DNA of 64,000 bases from Longimicrobiales bacterium (GTDB lineage Bacteria > Gemmatimonadota > Gemmatimonadetes > Longimicrobiales > Gaopeijiaceae), in the NCBI GenBank assembly GCA_965204735.1, contig OZ242008.1:4000001-4064000 (forward strand), read 5' to 3'. The translations under genes were made by a program, and so were the position numbers. The notes below the pieces were generated by a model. The model was not told the DNA's origin. It searched no databases and worked only from the letters and a program-made list of their open reading frames with translations. This document shows, one piece after another, positions 20,838 through 31,192 of this stretch (position 1 is the stretch's first letter; the number at the start of each line of letters is the position of its first letter).

Positions 20838-21359
20838 ATGGAAGAACGCGACGAACTGCTCGAGGAGTGGGTTCGCGACCACTGGGACCACCTCGTGCGA
20901 GGGGCGCAGAAATACCGTGGAAGGGCAACGACTGCCGAAGACGTGGTGCAGGAAGCCTTCGTGTTGGCGTCCGCCAAGCGGGACGAACTCAAGGACGAGA
21001 AGAAGACGAGGGAATGGCTGGCCGGGTTCGTGCGAAACGTGGGGATGAAGGCGTGGGAGAAGCGAGCGCGACGACAGCAGCTGATCCAAAAGCGCTATCA
21101 TCTGTTGGAACGAGACCCTCCTCGGCGTCCCGACGAGATACTCGACGACAAGCAAAAGAAGGAGGCCGTCGAGCGAGCGATAGCCACCCTGGCGCAACCA
21201 CAAAGAAAGGTCGTCGAACTCAAGCTCGACGGCCTCACCTATCGCGAGATCGCCGAGCAGCTCGGCATGGCGCTCCGAACCGTCAAGTCGCATCGGGCTC
21301 GTGCGCTTGCGGCCCTCCGCGAAGTCCTGGAGAAGGAGGGGTTCGCGGTCGAGTGGTGA
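20838..21359 (+). CDS. ECF RNA polymerase sigma factor
   Basis: AEDVVQEAF, EWLAGFVRN, LTYREIAEQLGMALRTVKSHRARA. Confidence 0.9.
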   Translation: MEERDELLEEWVRDHWDHLVRGAQKYRGRATTAEDVVQEAFVLASAKRDELKDEKKTREWLAGFVRNVGMKAWEKRARRQQLIQKRYHLLERDPPRRPDEILDDKQKKEAVERAIATLAQPQRKVVELKLDGLTYREIAEQLGMALRTVKSHRARALAALREVLEKEGFAVEW

Positions 21360-21368
21360 CCGCCCTCC

Positions 21369-22526
21369 TCAGCCGCCCTCCCTCCACTCCACCAGGAAGA
21401 TGTTGGTGTTGCCCTCGTGGGCTTCGTTGCGGTTGGAGCCGAAGACGAGATGCGTGCCGTCGGGGTGGAAGACCGGGAAGCCGTCGAAGCCCTCGGACCA
21501 GGTGACCCGCTCCAGCCCCGTGCCGTCGACGTTGATCAGGTACAGGTCGAAGTCGCGTCCCCGGGGGTCGTGCATGTTCGACGAGAAGACGACCTGCTCC
21601 CCCGACGGGTGCCAGTACGGCGCGAAGTTGGCGGCCCCGTTGCTGGTCAGCCGGCGAAGGTTGGCGCCGTCGGCGTCGGCCACGTAGATGTCCAGCGCCG
21701 AGGGGCGGATCAGCCCGTCCGCCAGCAGAGACAGGTAGTCTTCGCGCTCGGCGTCGGTGTCGGGGTAGTGGGCGCGCCACACGATCTTGGAGCCGTCGGG
21801 GCTGTAGAACGCGCCGCCGTCGTACCCCAGCCGGTTGGTGATCCGTCGCACGTCGGAGCCGTCGGGAAGCATCGAGTAGAGGTCCAGATCGCCGTCCCGC
21901 AACGAGGTGAAGACGATCCGGTGGCCAGTGGGAGAGAAGGTGGCCTCGGCGTCGTAGCCGAACGAAGTGGTGAGCTGCCGCAGCCCGGCGCCGCTCGCGT
22001 CGGCGGCGAAGATGTCGAAGCTGGGGTAGACGGCCCACACGTAGCCCTTGGAGAAGTCGGGGCGCGCGGGGCAAGCCCGGTCGTAGTGGTGGGTGGAAGA
22101 GTAGAGGATGCGGTCGCCGCCCGGATAGAAGTACGCGCAGGTGGTTCTTCCCTTGCCCGTGCTGACGAGTGTCGATTCCCCGGTTCGCGGGTCCATCGTG
22201 TAGATCTGGTCGCACCCTTCTCCAGGCGTCGGCGTGGACTGGTAGATCAGCCGCGTCCCGTCGGGGGACCAGTACGCTTCGGCGTTTTCGCCCTGGAAGG
22301 TGAGCTGGCGCATCTTGCCGAAGCGGGTCTCCCGAGGCTCGACCAAGCCGTTGGCAGTCGTTGTCGACGGGGACGCGCCGGGCGGGTTCTGGGCCCGGAC
22401 GGCGACGGGAAGGGAGAGCGCCGCGATGCAGCAAAGTCCAAGGAGGCCGACGCGACTCGATCTGCCGCCCCCGAGCCGGACGACGGAGAAGAAGCGAGTT
22501 CGAAGCATTGCTGCCGACGTTGTCAT
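21369..22526 (-). CDS. TolB-like PD40-repeat periplasmic protein
   Basis: ENAEAYWSPDG, YDAEATFSP, YDGGAFYSPDG, NFAPYWHP, FDGFPVF repeats; signal peptide ending VRAQ. Confidence 0.85.
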   Translation of the reverse strand: MTTSAAMLRTRFFSVVRLGGGRSSRVGLLGLCCIAALSLPVAVRAQNPPGASPSTTTANGLVEPRETRFGKMRQLTFQGENAEAYWSPDGTRLIYQSTPTPGEGCDQIYTMDPRTGESTLVSTGKGRTTCAYFYPGGDRILYSSTHHYDRACPARPDFSKGYVWAVYPSFDIFAADASGAGLRQLTTSFGYDAEATFSPTGHRIVFTSLRDGDLDLYSMLPDGSDVRRITNRLGYDGGAFYSPDGSKIVWRAHYPDTDAEREDYLSLLADGLIRPSALDIYVADADGANLRRLTSNGAANFAPYWHPSGEQVVFSSNMHDPRGRDFDLYLINVDGTGLERVTWSEGFDGFPVFHPDGTHLVFGSNRNEAHEGNTNIFLVEWREGG

Positions 22527-22585
22527 GAAAGCGCCTTGCTGGTGGTGCGAGGTGACGAGGGACGAGAAGCCGGGAGGTCGAGAAG

Positions 22586-23419
22586 TCACAGCCGCAACGG
22601 CCGCCGGGCGACCCGTCGCAGCCCGAACCACCCCAGCGCCGACCAAAGGGCGAAGTGGTAGAAGAGCAGCCATGTCGCCTCCCAATCCCAGTCGGAGCGA
22701 ATCCCCTCGGCGAAGCGGGTCACCGCGTCCATGGGGAAGGTCAAGTACGGCAAGACGGCCGCCACGTGCTCCCAGAAGCCGGTCGCGAGGGGCGAAGCTG
22801 GTCCCAAGGTCGCCCCGATCACGACCGAGAGGAAGATGTAGCCCAGCCCGGCGAAGGCGTTGCGCCGGATCCCCAGCGCCGAAGCTGCGAAGCTGACGGC
22901 AGCCCCCATGAGTCCGAGGAGGGCCGGCTGCACAAACGCCGCCAGCGCCGTCGGGGCGTTCCCCCCGGGGGCCAATGCGGCAACCGCGACGGTGACGCCG
23001 AACACGAGCTGGAGGGCCAGGTTGACGACTTGCAGCGCCACGTAGCGCTTCACGTAGAAGGCGGGCAGAGACCCCCGCTGTTGCCCCCAGAGCATGACGG
23101 CGCCGGACGCCCTTTCGCCGGCGACCAAGCTGCCGACGACCAGCAGTCCGAAGAGCGTCGCCCCCATGTAGAAGGCGAAGCGGAGGAACCTGCCGACCAC
23201 CATGAGCGCCATGACCTGAACAAACGCGCCCTGCTCCTCTGGCGATGCCGACTCGTCGGGCGCGTTCGCCTCCATGAACTCCTGCATGTCGGTCAGGAAG
23301 GGGTTGACCTCCATCGACCTCGAAACCGCCGCCAGACCCACGCCCATGAGAAAGACGGACAGGGCCAGCTTCCAGCGGGTGCGACGCGCGTACTGGACCG
23401 TCGCCTTGAGGAGGCTCAC
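22586..23419 (-). CDS. ABC-2-type exporter permease
   Basis: About six hydrophobic segments and the VAGERASG motif; GTGA overlap with the ATPase gene. Confidence 0.7.
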   Translation of the reverse strand: MSLLKATVQYARRTRWKLALSVFLMGVGLAAVSRSMEVNPFLTDMQEFMEANAPDESASPEEQGAFVQVMALMVVGRFLRFAFYMGATLFGLLVVGSLVAGERASGAVMLWGQQRGSLPAFYVKRYVALQVVNLALQLVFGVTVAVAALAPGGNAPTALAAFVQPALLGLMGAAVSFAASALGIRRNAFAGLGYIFLSVVIGATLGPASPLATGFWEHVAAVLPYLTFPMDAVTRFAEGIRSDWDWEATWLLFYHFALWSALGWFGLRRVARRPLRL

Positions 23420-24207
23420 GAGGGGCCTTCCTTTGCGCCGAGGCTTCCCGTGGAGCCGAGAAACGTCTCTTCGAGGAACTCGCGGGTGAAGCCCCCCGGC
23501 GGAGGCTCCACCAGCCGCGCGCCGCCGTCGCCGATGAGCAGGACTCGGTCGCTCATGACCGCCAGCTCGCCCAAGTCGTGGCTGGCCACCAGGACCGTCG
23601 TGGCCCGGGCGACCTCCTTGATCTTGCCGCGCAGGCGCATGCGCTGCCCCGGGTCCAGTCCCGCCTCGGGCTCGTCGAGGAAGAGGAGTCCGGGCCGCCC
23701 GACGAGGGCGACCGCCAACCCGAGGCGCCGCCGCATGCCCTTCGAGAGCTTCTCGGCGAGCCGGGTGGTCGAGTAGTCCACTCCGGCAAGCTCGCAGGCC
23801 CATGCCGGGTCGGCGCCGGGACCGACGGCCGAGGCCGCCAGCGCCAGGATGCCGTCGCAGGTCCAGCCCGAAGGCATCGCGGTGTCCTCGGCCAGGTAGC
23901 CGACGCCGAACGCGGTCCGGTAGGCGGTCGGCGCCATCCCCGAGATCGTCGCTTCGCCCGCAAGGGGCGGGAGGATGCCCAGGAGGGTGCGGAAGAGGGT
24001 CGTCTTGCCGGCGCCGTTGGGACCGACGACGGCCAGCACCTCGCCGGGGGACGCGTCCAGCTCCAGGCCGCCGAGGACCGGCGAGCCGGGAGCGTAGCCG
24101 ACGTCGAGGCGGACGGCCGTCACGCGGGCTGGTCCCGGGCGCCCGTTGGCGGCGGCCGGCGGCGAGCCGGGGCCGAAGGCGGCTGCGGATGCGGGGGGCG
24201 AAGTCAT
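23416..24207 (-). CDS. ABC transporter ATP-binding protein
   Basis: GPNGAGKT, LSKGMRRR, LFLDEP, SH. Confidence 0.9.
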   Translation of the reverse strand: MTSPPASAAAFGPGSPPAAANGRPGPARVTAVRLDVGYAPGSPVLGGLELDASPGEVLAVVGPNGAGKTTLFRTLLGILPPLAGEATISGMAPTAYRTAFGVGYLAEDTAMPSGWTCDGILALAASAVGPGADPAWACELAGVDYSTTRLAEKLSKGMRRRLGLAVALVGRPGLLFLDEPEAGLDPGQRMRLRGKIKEVARATTVLVASHDLGELAVMSDRVLLIGDGGARLVEPPPGGFTREFLEETFLGSTGSLGAKEGPS

Positions 24208-25358
24208 GTCGTGCCTTGGGTTCGATGGACTTGGATGCCGCGACGGCCGAGCTCCGCGACGTAGAGGTCGGGAGGCACGACTTCGTCGGGGGTGCCCACG
24301 CCGGCTGCGGCGACCTGGCCTCGGGCCTGCATCAGGGCGGTGATCGAAAGGGAGAAGCCTGTGGTGCGCGCCATGGCGGTGATCCCCGTGGCCGGGTCCT
24401 GGGCGTCGTGGACCTCGTACGCCGTCGTGCGGGGGGCGCCGTCCTTGGCGCCGTCGACCTGGACGCGGGCTGCCACCAGGTCTTCGCCCCGAGGGTTGGA
24501 GAGCGCCGGCGTCGCCTGCCGGATGAAGAGCTTCCGGGGCGCGACAAGGGCTCCGTCCACCTCCACTTCCCGGGCGTCCAGCAGCCCCAGCTCCCGAACG
24601 GCCCGCATGATCCGCGCGTGGCCGGGGTAGCGCAGGGTCTTGTACTCCATCGCGCGGACCCGGCCCTCGTAGCGGTCGGGCATGGTGGAGATGCCTCCGC
24701 CCGTGTAGAAGGCCTCCAGCGTGCCGGGAGGGTCGGGAAACTCCACCGTCTCCAGTCCCGAGAGCGCCTCCACCTGGGTCTTGCACCCGTCCCGCAGCAC
24801 CGTCGCCGGCGTGACGTAGTAGTCCAGCACGCCCTCCAGGGAGTAGACGATCTGGTAGTCGAGGGGCGGTCGCGGGTTCTGGGGAAGGCCGCCGACCCAG
24901 ATGCGCACCGACTCTGCCGCGTCCATGCTCCGGATGCCTTCCTCCGCCAGGACGTTGACCATTCCGGGCGCCAAGCCGGTGTCGGGGACGACCGAGACGC
25001 CCCGGGCCCGAGCTTCGTCGTGGAGCGTCCGCTGGCGTCCCACGATCTCGGTCTTCCCGCCCAGGTCGGTGTAGTGGGCCCCCGTCGCCACGGCCAACCG
25101 CGCCATGGAGAAGTTGAAGAAGTAGGGGAGCGCGCAGAGGACCCCGGTCGCTCCCTCCATCAATGCCGCCACGTCGCGTTCCGCCGACGCGTCCACCTGC
25201 CGCAGCTCCAGTCGCCCGCCCACGTGGGGGGCCAGGAAGGGCTGCACGGCCTCGACGTTCAGGTCCGCCAGCACGACCCGCTCCACGGCGTCGTCCTGCA
25301 AGAGGTCGAAGGCGGCCGCGGAACCCTGGGCGCCTCCGCCCAGCACCAGGAAGGTCAA
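24204..25358 (-). CDS. saccharopine dehydrogenase / lysine 6-dehydrogenase family protein
   Basis: [45 protein letters not shown] start overlapping upstream TGA. Confidence 0.85.
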   Translation of the reverse strand: MTFLVLGGGAQGSAAAFDLLQDDAVERVVLADLNVEAVQPFLAPHVGGRLELRQVDASAERDVAALMEGATGVLCALPYFFNFSMARLAVATGAHYTDLGGKTEIVGRQRTLHDEARARGVSVVPDTGLAPGMVNVLAEEGIRSMDAAESVRIWVGGLPQNPRPPLDYQIVYSLEGVLDYYVTPATVLRDGCKTQVEALSGLETVEFPDPPGTLEAFYTGGGISTMPDRYEGRVRAMEYKTLRYPGHARIMRAVRELGLLDAREVEVDGALVAPRKLFIRQATPALSNPRGEDLVAARVQVDGAKDGAPRTTAYEVHDAQDPATGITAMARTTGFSLSITALMQARGQVAAAGVGTPDEVVPPDLYVAELGRRGIQVHRTQGTT

Positions 25359-28036
25359 GACGCCTCCTCCGGGTCGGAGGGGTCGGGCAGCTCCCAGAGG
25401 CCGAGTCCGTCGGTGGGAGAGGCCGCGCCCGAGAGGCGGTCGGCGCCAAGCTCCGGCTCGCGAACCGACCGGCGGCTCCTCTCGTCGTCGCGCTTGCCGT
25501 CGGCGGCGCCCTTGGGGCTGCCGCGGTCGCCTTCCTTGCCTTCCCGACCGCTTCGGCTCCCGCCGTCGGCGCCGCTGGGGCCGGGGGCGATCCGCCGCGC
25601 CCCGAACGACCGCGTGACTTCGGCGATCCTGTCCCCCGTCGCGGGCGTCGTCAGCTTCTGGCCCCCGGCGTTGCGTCCCAGCAGGCCGATCTCGGCGGCG
25701 GCGAACGGGGTGAGGACGCCGCCTGCCGACACCAGCATGACCTGGTCGTCCTCCAGCACCTCCAACGCCGACACCACGGCGCCGCTCTCGTCGTCCAGGA
25801 CCACGGCCCGCGTCCCCAGCCCGCCGCGCTTCTGCGCCGAGAACTCGGCCAGGGGCGTTCGCTTTCCGGCGCCGCCTTCGGTCACCACGAGCACGGAGGC
25901 GTCGCGCACCACCGCCAGCATGCCGGCCACCTCGTCGCCGTCTCGGAGCGACACGCCCTTCACCCCCTGGGCGGTTCGCCCAACCACAGGCACTTGGTCC
26001 CCCGGGAACCGGATTCCGCGCCCGCGGCTGGTCACGAGCAGGAAGTGGGCGTCGCCCGAGGTGACGGCGGCGTCGAGCACCTCGTCGCCGGGGCGCAGCG
26101 TGACGGCGACGACGCCGCCCGGCCGAGGGTTCGAGAACTCGGCCAGCCGCGTGCGCTTCACCAAGCCCCGACGAGTCGCGAAGACCACGTAGCGGTCGTC
26201 GCCCAGCTCCTCCACCGGTACGATCGCCGCCATCGGGTCGCTCCGGTCCGCCTCCAGCAGCCCGTAGACGGACCTGCCCCGGGATGCCCGGGCGCCTTCG
26301 GGCACGTCCTCGACCCGCAGGAAGTGCGCCCGCCCCCGGCGCGAGAAGAGGAGCAGCCGTCCCCGGGAGCGCGCGACGACGACCTGCTGCGTGTAGTCGT
26401 CCGGGTACTTGTCCATGTTCGTCTGGGACATGCCGGAAGCGACCCGTCGCCGGTAGAGGCGCATGGGGATCCGCTTGGCGTAGCCCTGGCGGGAGATCAC
26501 CACCACGACGTCTTCGTCGGCCACGATGGAGCGCACGTAGGAGAAGTCGGCCTTGTCCTTGCCGTCGAGTATCTCGGTCCTGCGCGCGTCGCCGAACCGC
26601 TCCACCACCTCGTCCAGCTCCTCCAGCAAGACTTGAAGCTGGAGCTCCTCGTTGTCCAGCACGGCCCGCAGCTGCCGGATCTCCTTCACCAGCTCCGCTT
26701 CCCGGGCCCGCAGCTGGTCCCCCTCCAGAGCGGTGAGCTTGGCCAGCCGCATGTCGAGGATCGCCCCGGCCTGCACGTCGTCCAGCCCGAAGCGCCGCTG
26801 GAGACGCACCGACGCCTCGTCCCGGTCCGCCGATTCCCGGATCGTCGCGATCACCTCGTCGATCTGGTCCAGCGCCAGAAGGAGGCCCCGAAGGACGTGC
26901 AGCTCGGCCTCGGCCTGCTCCAGGTCGAAGCGGCAGCGCCTGCGGATCACGTCCAGCCGATGGTCCCGAAAGCGCTCCAGCAGCTCCTTCAGCGAGAACT
27001 CGTCCGGCTGCTTGCCGCCGTCCAAGGCCAGGAGGATCGCGCCGAAGGTGCACTGAAGGGCCGTCTTCTTGAAGAGAACGGCCATCATCCGCCTCGGCTC
27101 GGCGCCGCGCTTCAGCTCCACCACCAGCCGCATCCCCTCCCGGTCCGACTCGTCCCGCAGGTCCGCCACCTCGGGCAGCGCGCCCTTCCGGGCCAAGTCG
27201 GCGATCTGGTTGATCACCCGAAGCTTGGAGACTGCGTAGGGAAGCTCGGTGACGACCAGCTGCCTTCGGCCCCCGCGAAGCGATTCCGTCGTCACCCGGG
27301 CCCGCATCGTCATCCGCCCGCGACCGTCCTCGTACATCTTGCGGATGCCCTCGCGTCCCACGATGAACCCCCCCGTGGGGAAGTCGGGTCCCGGAAGCTC
27401 CTTCATCAGCTCCGCAACCGTGCACCGCGGCTTGCGCACCAGGACCCGCAGGGCGGCGGCCACCTCCCGCAAGTTGTGAGGGGGCACGTTGGTGCTCATC
27501 CCCACGGCGATCCCCGAGCTTCCGTTCACCAGCAGGTTGGGGACCCGGGACGGCAGGACGGTGGGCTCCTGAAGCCGGTCGTCGAAGTTGCTCTCCCAGC
27601 GGACCGTGTCCTTCTCGATCTCCGCGAGCATCTCGCGGGCGACGGGCGAGAGGCGCGCCTCCGTGTAGCGGTAGGCCGCGGCCGAGTCTCCGTCGACCGA
27701 GCCGAAGTTCCCCTGGCCGTCGACGAGGGGGTAGCGCAATGCGAACTCCTGCACCATGCGCACCAAGGCGTCGTACACCGCCGAGTCTCCGTGGGGGTGG
27801 TACTTCCCCAGAACCTCGCCGACGACGGTGGCGCACTTCTTGTGGGGTCGGTCGGGCCGGAGCCCGAGGCCGTGCATGGCGAAGAGGATCCGCCGGTGGA
27901 CCGGCTTCAGGCCGTCCCTCACGTCCGGGAGCGCCCGCTGGACGATGACGCTCATCGAGTAGTCGAGGAACGAGTCCCGCATCTCGCTCTCGATGACGCG
28001 GAGAACGATGCGCTCGCGCTTCTGGGCTACGGTCAT
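25355..28036 (-). CDS. type IIA topoisomerase subunit A (GyrA/ParC)
   Basis: [46 protein letters not shown]-terminal beta-pinwheel repeats; no canonical GyrA-box, so no symbol given. Confidence 0.95.
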   Translation of the reverse strand: MTVAQKRERIVLRVIESEMRDSFLDYSMSVIVQRALPDVRDGLKPVHRRILFAMHGLGLRPDRPHKKCATVVGEVLGKYHPHGDSAVYDALVRMVQEFALRYPLVDGQGNFGSVDGDSAAAYRYTEARLSPVAREMLAEIEKDTVRWESNFDDRLQEPTVLPSRVPNLLVNGSSGIAVGMSTNVPPHNLREVAAALRVLVRKPRCTVAELMKELPGPDFPTGGFIVGREGIRKMYEDGRGRMTMRARVTTESLRGGRRQLVVTELPYAVSKLRVINQIADLARKGALPEVADLRDESDREGMRLVVELKRGAEPRRMMAVLFKKTALQCTFGAILLALDGGKQPDEFSLKELLERFRDHRLDVIRRRCRFDLEQAEAELHVLRGLLLALDQIDEVIATIRESADRDEASVRLQRRFGLDDVQAGAILDMRLAKLTALEGDQLRAREAELVKEIRQLRAVLDNEELQLQVLLEELDEVVERFGDARRTEILDGKDKADFSYVRSIVADEDVVVVISRQGYAKRIPMRLYRRRVASGMSQTNMDKYPDDYTQQVVVARSRGRLLLFSRRGRAHFLRVEDVPEGARASRGRSVYGLLEADRSDPMAAIVPVEELGDDRYVVFATRRGLVKRTRLAEFSNPRPGGVVAVTLRPGDEVLDAAVTSGDAHFLLVTSRGRGIRFPGDQVPVVGRTAQGVKGVSLRDGDEVAGMLAVVRDASVLVVTEGGAGKRTPLAEFSAQKRGGLGTRAVVLDDESGAVVSALEVLEDDQVMLVSAGGVLTPFAAAEIGLLGRNAGGQKLTTPATGDRIAEVTRSFGARRIAPGPSGADGGSRSGREGKEGDRGSPKGAADGKRDDERSRRSVREPELGADRLSGAASPTDGLGLWELPDPSDPEEAS

Positions 28037-28978
28037 TCAGGCTCCATGGGGGTTGGGGTCGCGCACCATGGAAGCTACCACTCGCCGCCAAGCGCCCGGG
28101 ATCGTTCCCCGCTCCAGCACCTCCGCTTCGTCGCCGACCCGCAGCCGCCCGGGGCCGTGGTGCACGGCGTTGAGACCGAAGTAGGTCTTGTCCTCGATCC
28201 GCCGATACTTGGCCAAGGTGCGCAGCGGCTCCCCGTCCGGGTCCCGCGCCCCGCTCCGCTGGTCGTGGGTGGTGACCTTGCACCGCGCGCACAGCTTCAC
28301 CCCGCTGAAGACGAGCCCCCCGACCACGAAGCGCCGCCAGCGGTCCTCGTCGTGGGGGCGGGCGCCCGCGACGACGATGTTGGGGCGGAACCGCTCCACC
28401 GGGATTGCTCGACCGGCCCGGCGCGCAAGCTCCTCCACCGAGCCCTGGCCCACGACCAGCGCAGGGTAGCCGTCGGCAAACCCGACTCGACGGCCCTTGG
28501 CGTAGGCGGGATCGGTGGCGCGCTCGGCCTTGCCCAGGAAGACCAGCCGGCAGTCGCGCTTCAGCGCTTCCGAGATCCACTGGTCGACCGGCGCAGGCGC
28601 GGTCCTGGCGTCCAGCTCCGCCTCCCACACCCGGATGCGCAGGCGCGGCCCGTCGAAGGCGGGGACGGAGAGGGGGCCGACTCCGGGCGCCTCCAGCGCC
28701 AGCTCGCCGTTCGAGGCGCTCGCGCGGACGGTGGCGAGCCGCGGCGTCTCCCGTTGGGTGACGAAGGCGCCGTTGGGGAGCACGACCATCCAGCGGCGAT
28801 CGAAGCAGGGGCCGATCTCGTCGAACTCGACCGCCTCGGCGTCGGCGCCGCGAGCGCCCTTGACGGGGTGGATGCGCAGGCGGGCGATCCGGAGGCGTCC
28901 GTGGTCGGGGCGAGCAGAGGCCGAGTCGGCGCGGGCCGAGGCCGAATGGGCGGGCGCCGAGGAGGCGGTCGGATTCAT
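28037..28978 (-). CDS. MOSC-domain protein (YcbX/mARC-like)
   Basis: IHPVKG, DRRWMVV, FADGYP, RFRPNIVV, CARCKVT. Confidence 0.9.
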   Translation of the reverse strand: MNPTASSAPAHSASARADSASARPDHGRLRIARLRIHPVKGARGADAEAVEFDEIGPCFDRRWMVVLPNGAFVTQRETPRLATVRASASNGELALEAPGVGPLSVPAFDGPRLRIRVWEAELDARTAPAPVDQWISEALKRDCRLVFLGKAERATDPAYAKGRRVGFADGYPALVVGQGSVEELARRAGRAIPVERFRPNIVVAGARPHDEDRWRRFVVGGLVFSGVKLCARCKVTTHDQRSGARDPDGEPLRTLAKYRRIEDKTYFGLNAVHHGPGRLRVGDEAEVLERGTIPGAWRRVVASMVRDPNPHGA

Positions 28979-29826
28979 GTCGAGGGCAACGGATCTTCCT
29001 TGGACTTGCCGACGAGCGACGGGGCCAGCGCCAAGCCGATCAACAGGTCCAGCGCGATGTGGGCGAAGATCGAGGGCCAAAGGCTTCCGGTCCACGCCGC
29101 CCCGAGCGCCAGCCAAGCACCCAGAAGCCCCGTCCGCACCATCCCGTGGGGGCCTTGATAGGCGTGAAGGAGGCCGAACGCAACAGCGGCGGGCAGTGCG
29201 GCGAGGAGGTAGGAGCCGGTCCAGGGGACGAGGAAGGCGGGCAAGAAGCCCCGGAAGACGATCTCTTCGAACACCCCGGCCGCAACCGCCAGCAGGGCGA
29301 AGAGGGCCTTCTCCGTCGGCGTCGCGGGGATGATCGCGCGCACCACGGCGCTTTCCTTCCATCCGAAGACGGGCGACGCCGCCTTGAAGGCGTAGACGAC
29401 GGCAAGGCCGCCGGCCGTGAGGACCCCAGCGGCCGCCAGCAGCGTCGTCCATCCTCCCTGCGCCAGCCGGCCGCCGCTGCCCGGAAGGCCCAGCGAAGGG
29501 GTCGCCCAGGCGTCCGCCTGTGCTGGAAGCCCATCGGCCAGCCAGAGCGCCGCCAAGCCGACCACGGTCAGGACCACAATGGAGCTGGCGTACGCCTCCA
29601 GGCGTCGTTGCCCAAGATCGAAATCCAGGGGCAGCTGCTGGCCCAGCGCTGCCGCCGGCAGCACGACCAGAAGCGCTGCCGCTGCCGTCGCGTGAACCAC
29701 GCTGCCCAGCCCGCCGCCGACGAACGCCCAGGCCAGTACGGCGGCAGCGCCTCCGGCCGCCAGCCAGCCGCGTCGGCCCAGCGCTGGACCTGGCCTGGCC
29801 GCCATCGGACCTGGCCTGGCCGTCAT
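28975..29826 (-). CDS. CPBP-family (CAAX/Abi) intramembrane protease
   Basis: AGVFEEIVFRG, FGLLHAYQG, H..LD motifs. Confidence 0.9.
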   Translation of the reverse strand: MTARPGPMAARPGPALGRRGWLAAGGAAAVLAWAFVGGGLGSVVHATAAAALLVVLPAAALGQQLPLDFDLGQRRLEAYASSIVVLTVVGLAALWLADGLPAQADAWATPSLGLPGSGGRLAQGGWTTLLAAAGVLTAGGLAVVYAFKAASPVFGWKESAVVRAIIPATPTEKALFALLAVAAGVFEEIVFRGFLPAFLVPWTGSYLLAALPAAVAFGLLHAYQGPHGMVRTGLLGAWLALGAAWTGSLWPSIFAHIALDLLIGLALAPSLVGKSKEDPLPST

Positions 29827-29827
29827 C
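29786..29827. repeat. 21-bp tandem duplication covering the CPBP start codon
   Basis: GGACCTGGCCTGGCCGCCATC followed by GGACCTGGCCTGGCCGTCATC (one mismatch); encodes MTARPGP-MAARPGP. Confidence 0.85.
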
Positions 29828-29842
29828 GGGCGCGTTCGCCGA

Positions 29843-29872
29843 TTGACCCGCGCCCACGCCGGGCTCTAACCT
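29843..29872 (+). promoter_or_regulatory. putative sigma-70 promoter
   Basis: TTGACC-N18-TAACCT in the divergent intergenic region upstream of 30026. Confidence 0.45.
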
Positions 29873-30025
29873 TAGCCGCGGCCTTCCGTCTCCGGGCGCC
29901 GGCCCTTCGGTCCGGGCGAGACCGCCTCATCGGCGCGAAACTCCCCATGGGTCCGGCCGGCGCCCCGAATCCGGCGGAACGCCGCTTCGGTCCCCACCAC
30001 CGCTTCCGCCCCCAGCGAGGACGCG

Positions 30026-30337
30026 ATGCCCGACCCGGCCGCCTTCAAGGCCGTCTTCCGTGTGATCGACGCCTACGACCACCCCCACGGCGGGAGGATA
30101 CTCAGGCTGCGCCTGGGAACGGGAGAAGCCCCGAGCGTGCGGGAGCTGAGGGGCCGCCCCATGACCGCCACTTCCGACGCCGGCGGCTCCCTGCGGCTGG
30201 AGGTGTCGGGCTTCTCGGCGGTGGGCGGCAAGCCTTCCGACGGCCGGCTGGCAAGAACCGGCCGCATCGACGTGCACGTCGCCGGCGACCGGGCGGGGCC
30301 GGTGGACGTCGGATGGGAGCTGGCCGTGCCGCAGTGA
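30026..30337 (+). CDS. hypothetical protein
   Basis: GAGG RBS upstream; beta-rich 103-aa ORF ending 3 bp from the stop of a convergent gene. Confidence 0.6.
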   Translation: MPDPAAFKAVFRVIDAYDHPHGGRILRLRLGTGEAPSVRELRGRPMTATSDAGGSLRLEVSGFSAVGGKPSDGRLARTGRIDVHVAGDRAGPVDVGWELAVPQ

Positions 30338-30339
30338 GC

Positions 30340-31065
30340 TCAATCTTGCCGGGAGCTTCCTCTCTGCCCCGGCGGGTCGCGCTCGAAGGTGCGGCGAAAC
30401 CACTCCTGGTAGGCGTCGGCGCGCTCGGGTCTCTGGGCGAAGTACTCCTTGCGGGCCTCGACGAAGGCGTCGGGCCGCGCGGTGAGTACGAATTCGTCCA
30501 GGAAGCCGTTCTCCTTGGCGTAGGTCAGCTCGTCCAGCAGCCCGTAGGGAGGGGCGTCCAGGATCGAACGCTGGTAGAGCCACACGTCGGCCACCCGGGA
30601 GAGGATCGCCTTCTCCAGCTCGAACTCGTCGGCGCCCTGGCCTTCCGGAAGCCACTTCTCCAGACGGTCCTGGAGCGCCATCAGGTGGTAGTGGGCGTAG
30701 ATCGTGTAGAGCTGGCTGCCCGCCGACCGGCCTTGGACGGCGATGCGGGCGGTGTCGCCGGCTTCGTTCAGCTCCAGGCTCTCCCACGGATAGACGGGAC
30801 CCTCCGCGCCTTCGGTGTAGATCATGAACGAAGGGTCCATCTGGATGCTGTCCCACTGCTCCCGGATCCAGGCGTCCACTTCCTCCATGCGTTCCTTGGT
30901 CGGGACGAGGCGCTCCCCGGAGTGGACGACGAGCCGTCGGGGTTCCGGGAGCTGCACTTCGCCCGAGCCGCAGGCCACGGAGGCGCATGCGGCCACGCCG
31001 GCCAGCAGGACGGCGCGCCGTCGGGGCTCGGGCGAAGAGGGACCGCGAGTTGCGAAGTCGAACAT
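30340..31065 (-). CDS. hypothetical lipoprotein
   Basis: AGGAAGG RBS, lipobox SVAC, protein-like composition. Confidence 0.7.
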   Translation of the reverse strand: MFDFATRGPSSPEPRRRAVLLAGVAACASVACGSGEVQLPEPRRLVVHSGERLVPTKERMEEVDAWIREQWDSIQMDPSFMIYTEGAEGPVYPWESLELNEAGDTARIAVQGRSAGSQLYTIYAHYHLMALQDRLEKWLPEGQGADEFELEKAILSRVADVWLYQRSILDAPPYGLLDELTYAKENGFLDEFVLTARPDAFVEARKEYFAQRPERADAYQEWFRRTFERDPPGQRGSSRQD

Positions 31066-31192
31066 GGTCGCCTTCCTTTTCGACTGGACTCCAGGGGACC
31101 GCAATGGGAGCAACCCGTTGCGGTGGAACGTATTCTAACCTCCCGACCGGCTCCAGGTTCCCGACCGCCCCCACCAACAAGAGGATCGAGAC

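Noticed and set aside
24204..28628. Apparent 1474-aa fusion ending in saccharopine dehydrogenase
   Set aside because: Only the part from TTG 25358 is protein-like; the rest is an off-frame read through the topoisomerase gene
25163..29158. 1331-aa plus-strand ORF
   Set aside because: Antisense shadow of the topoisomerase and MOSC genes; high GC suppresses stop codons; no motifs
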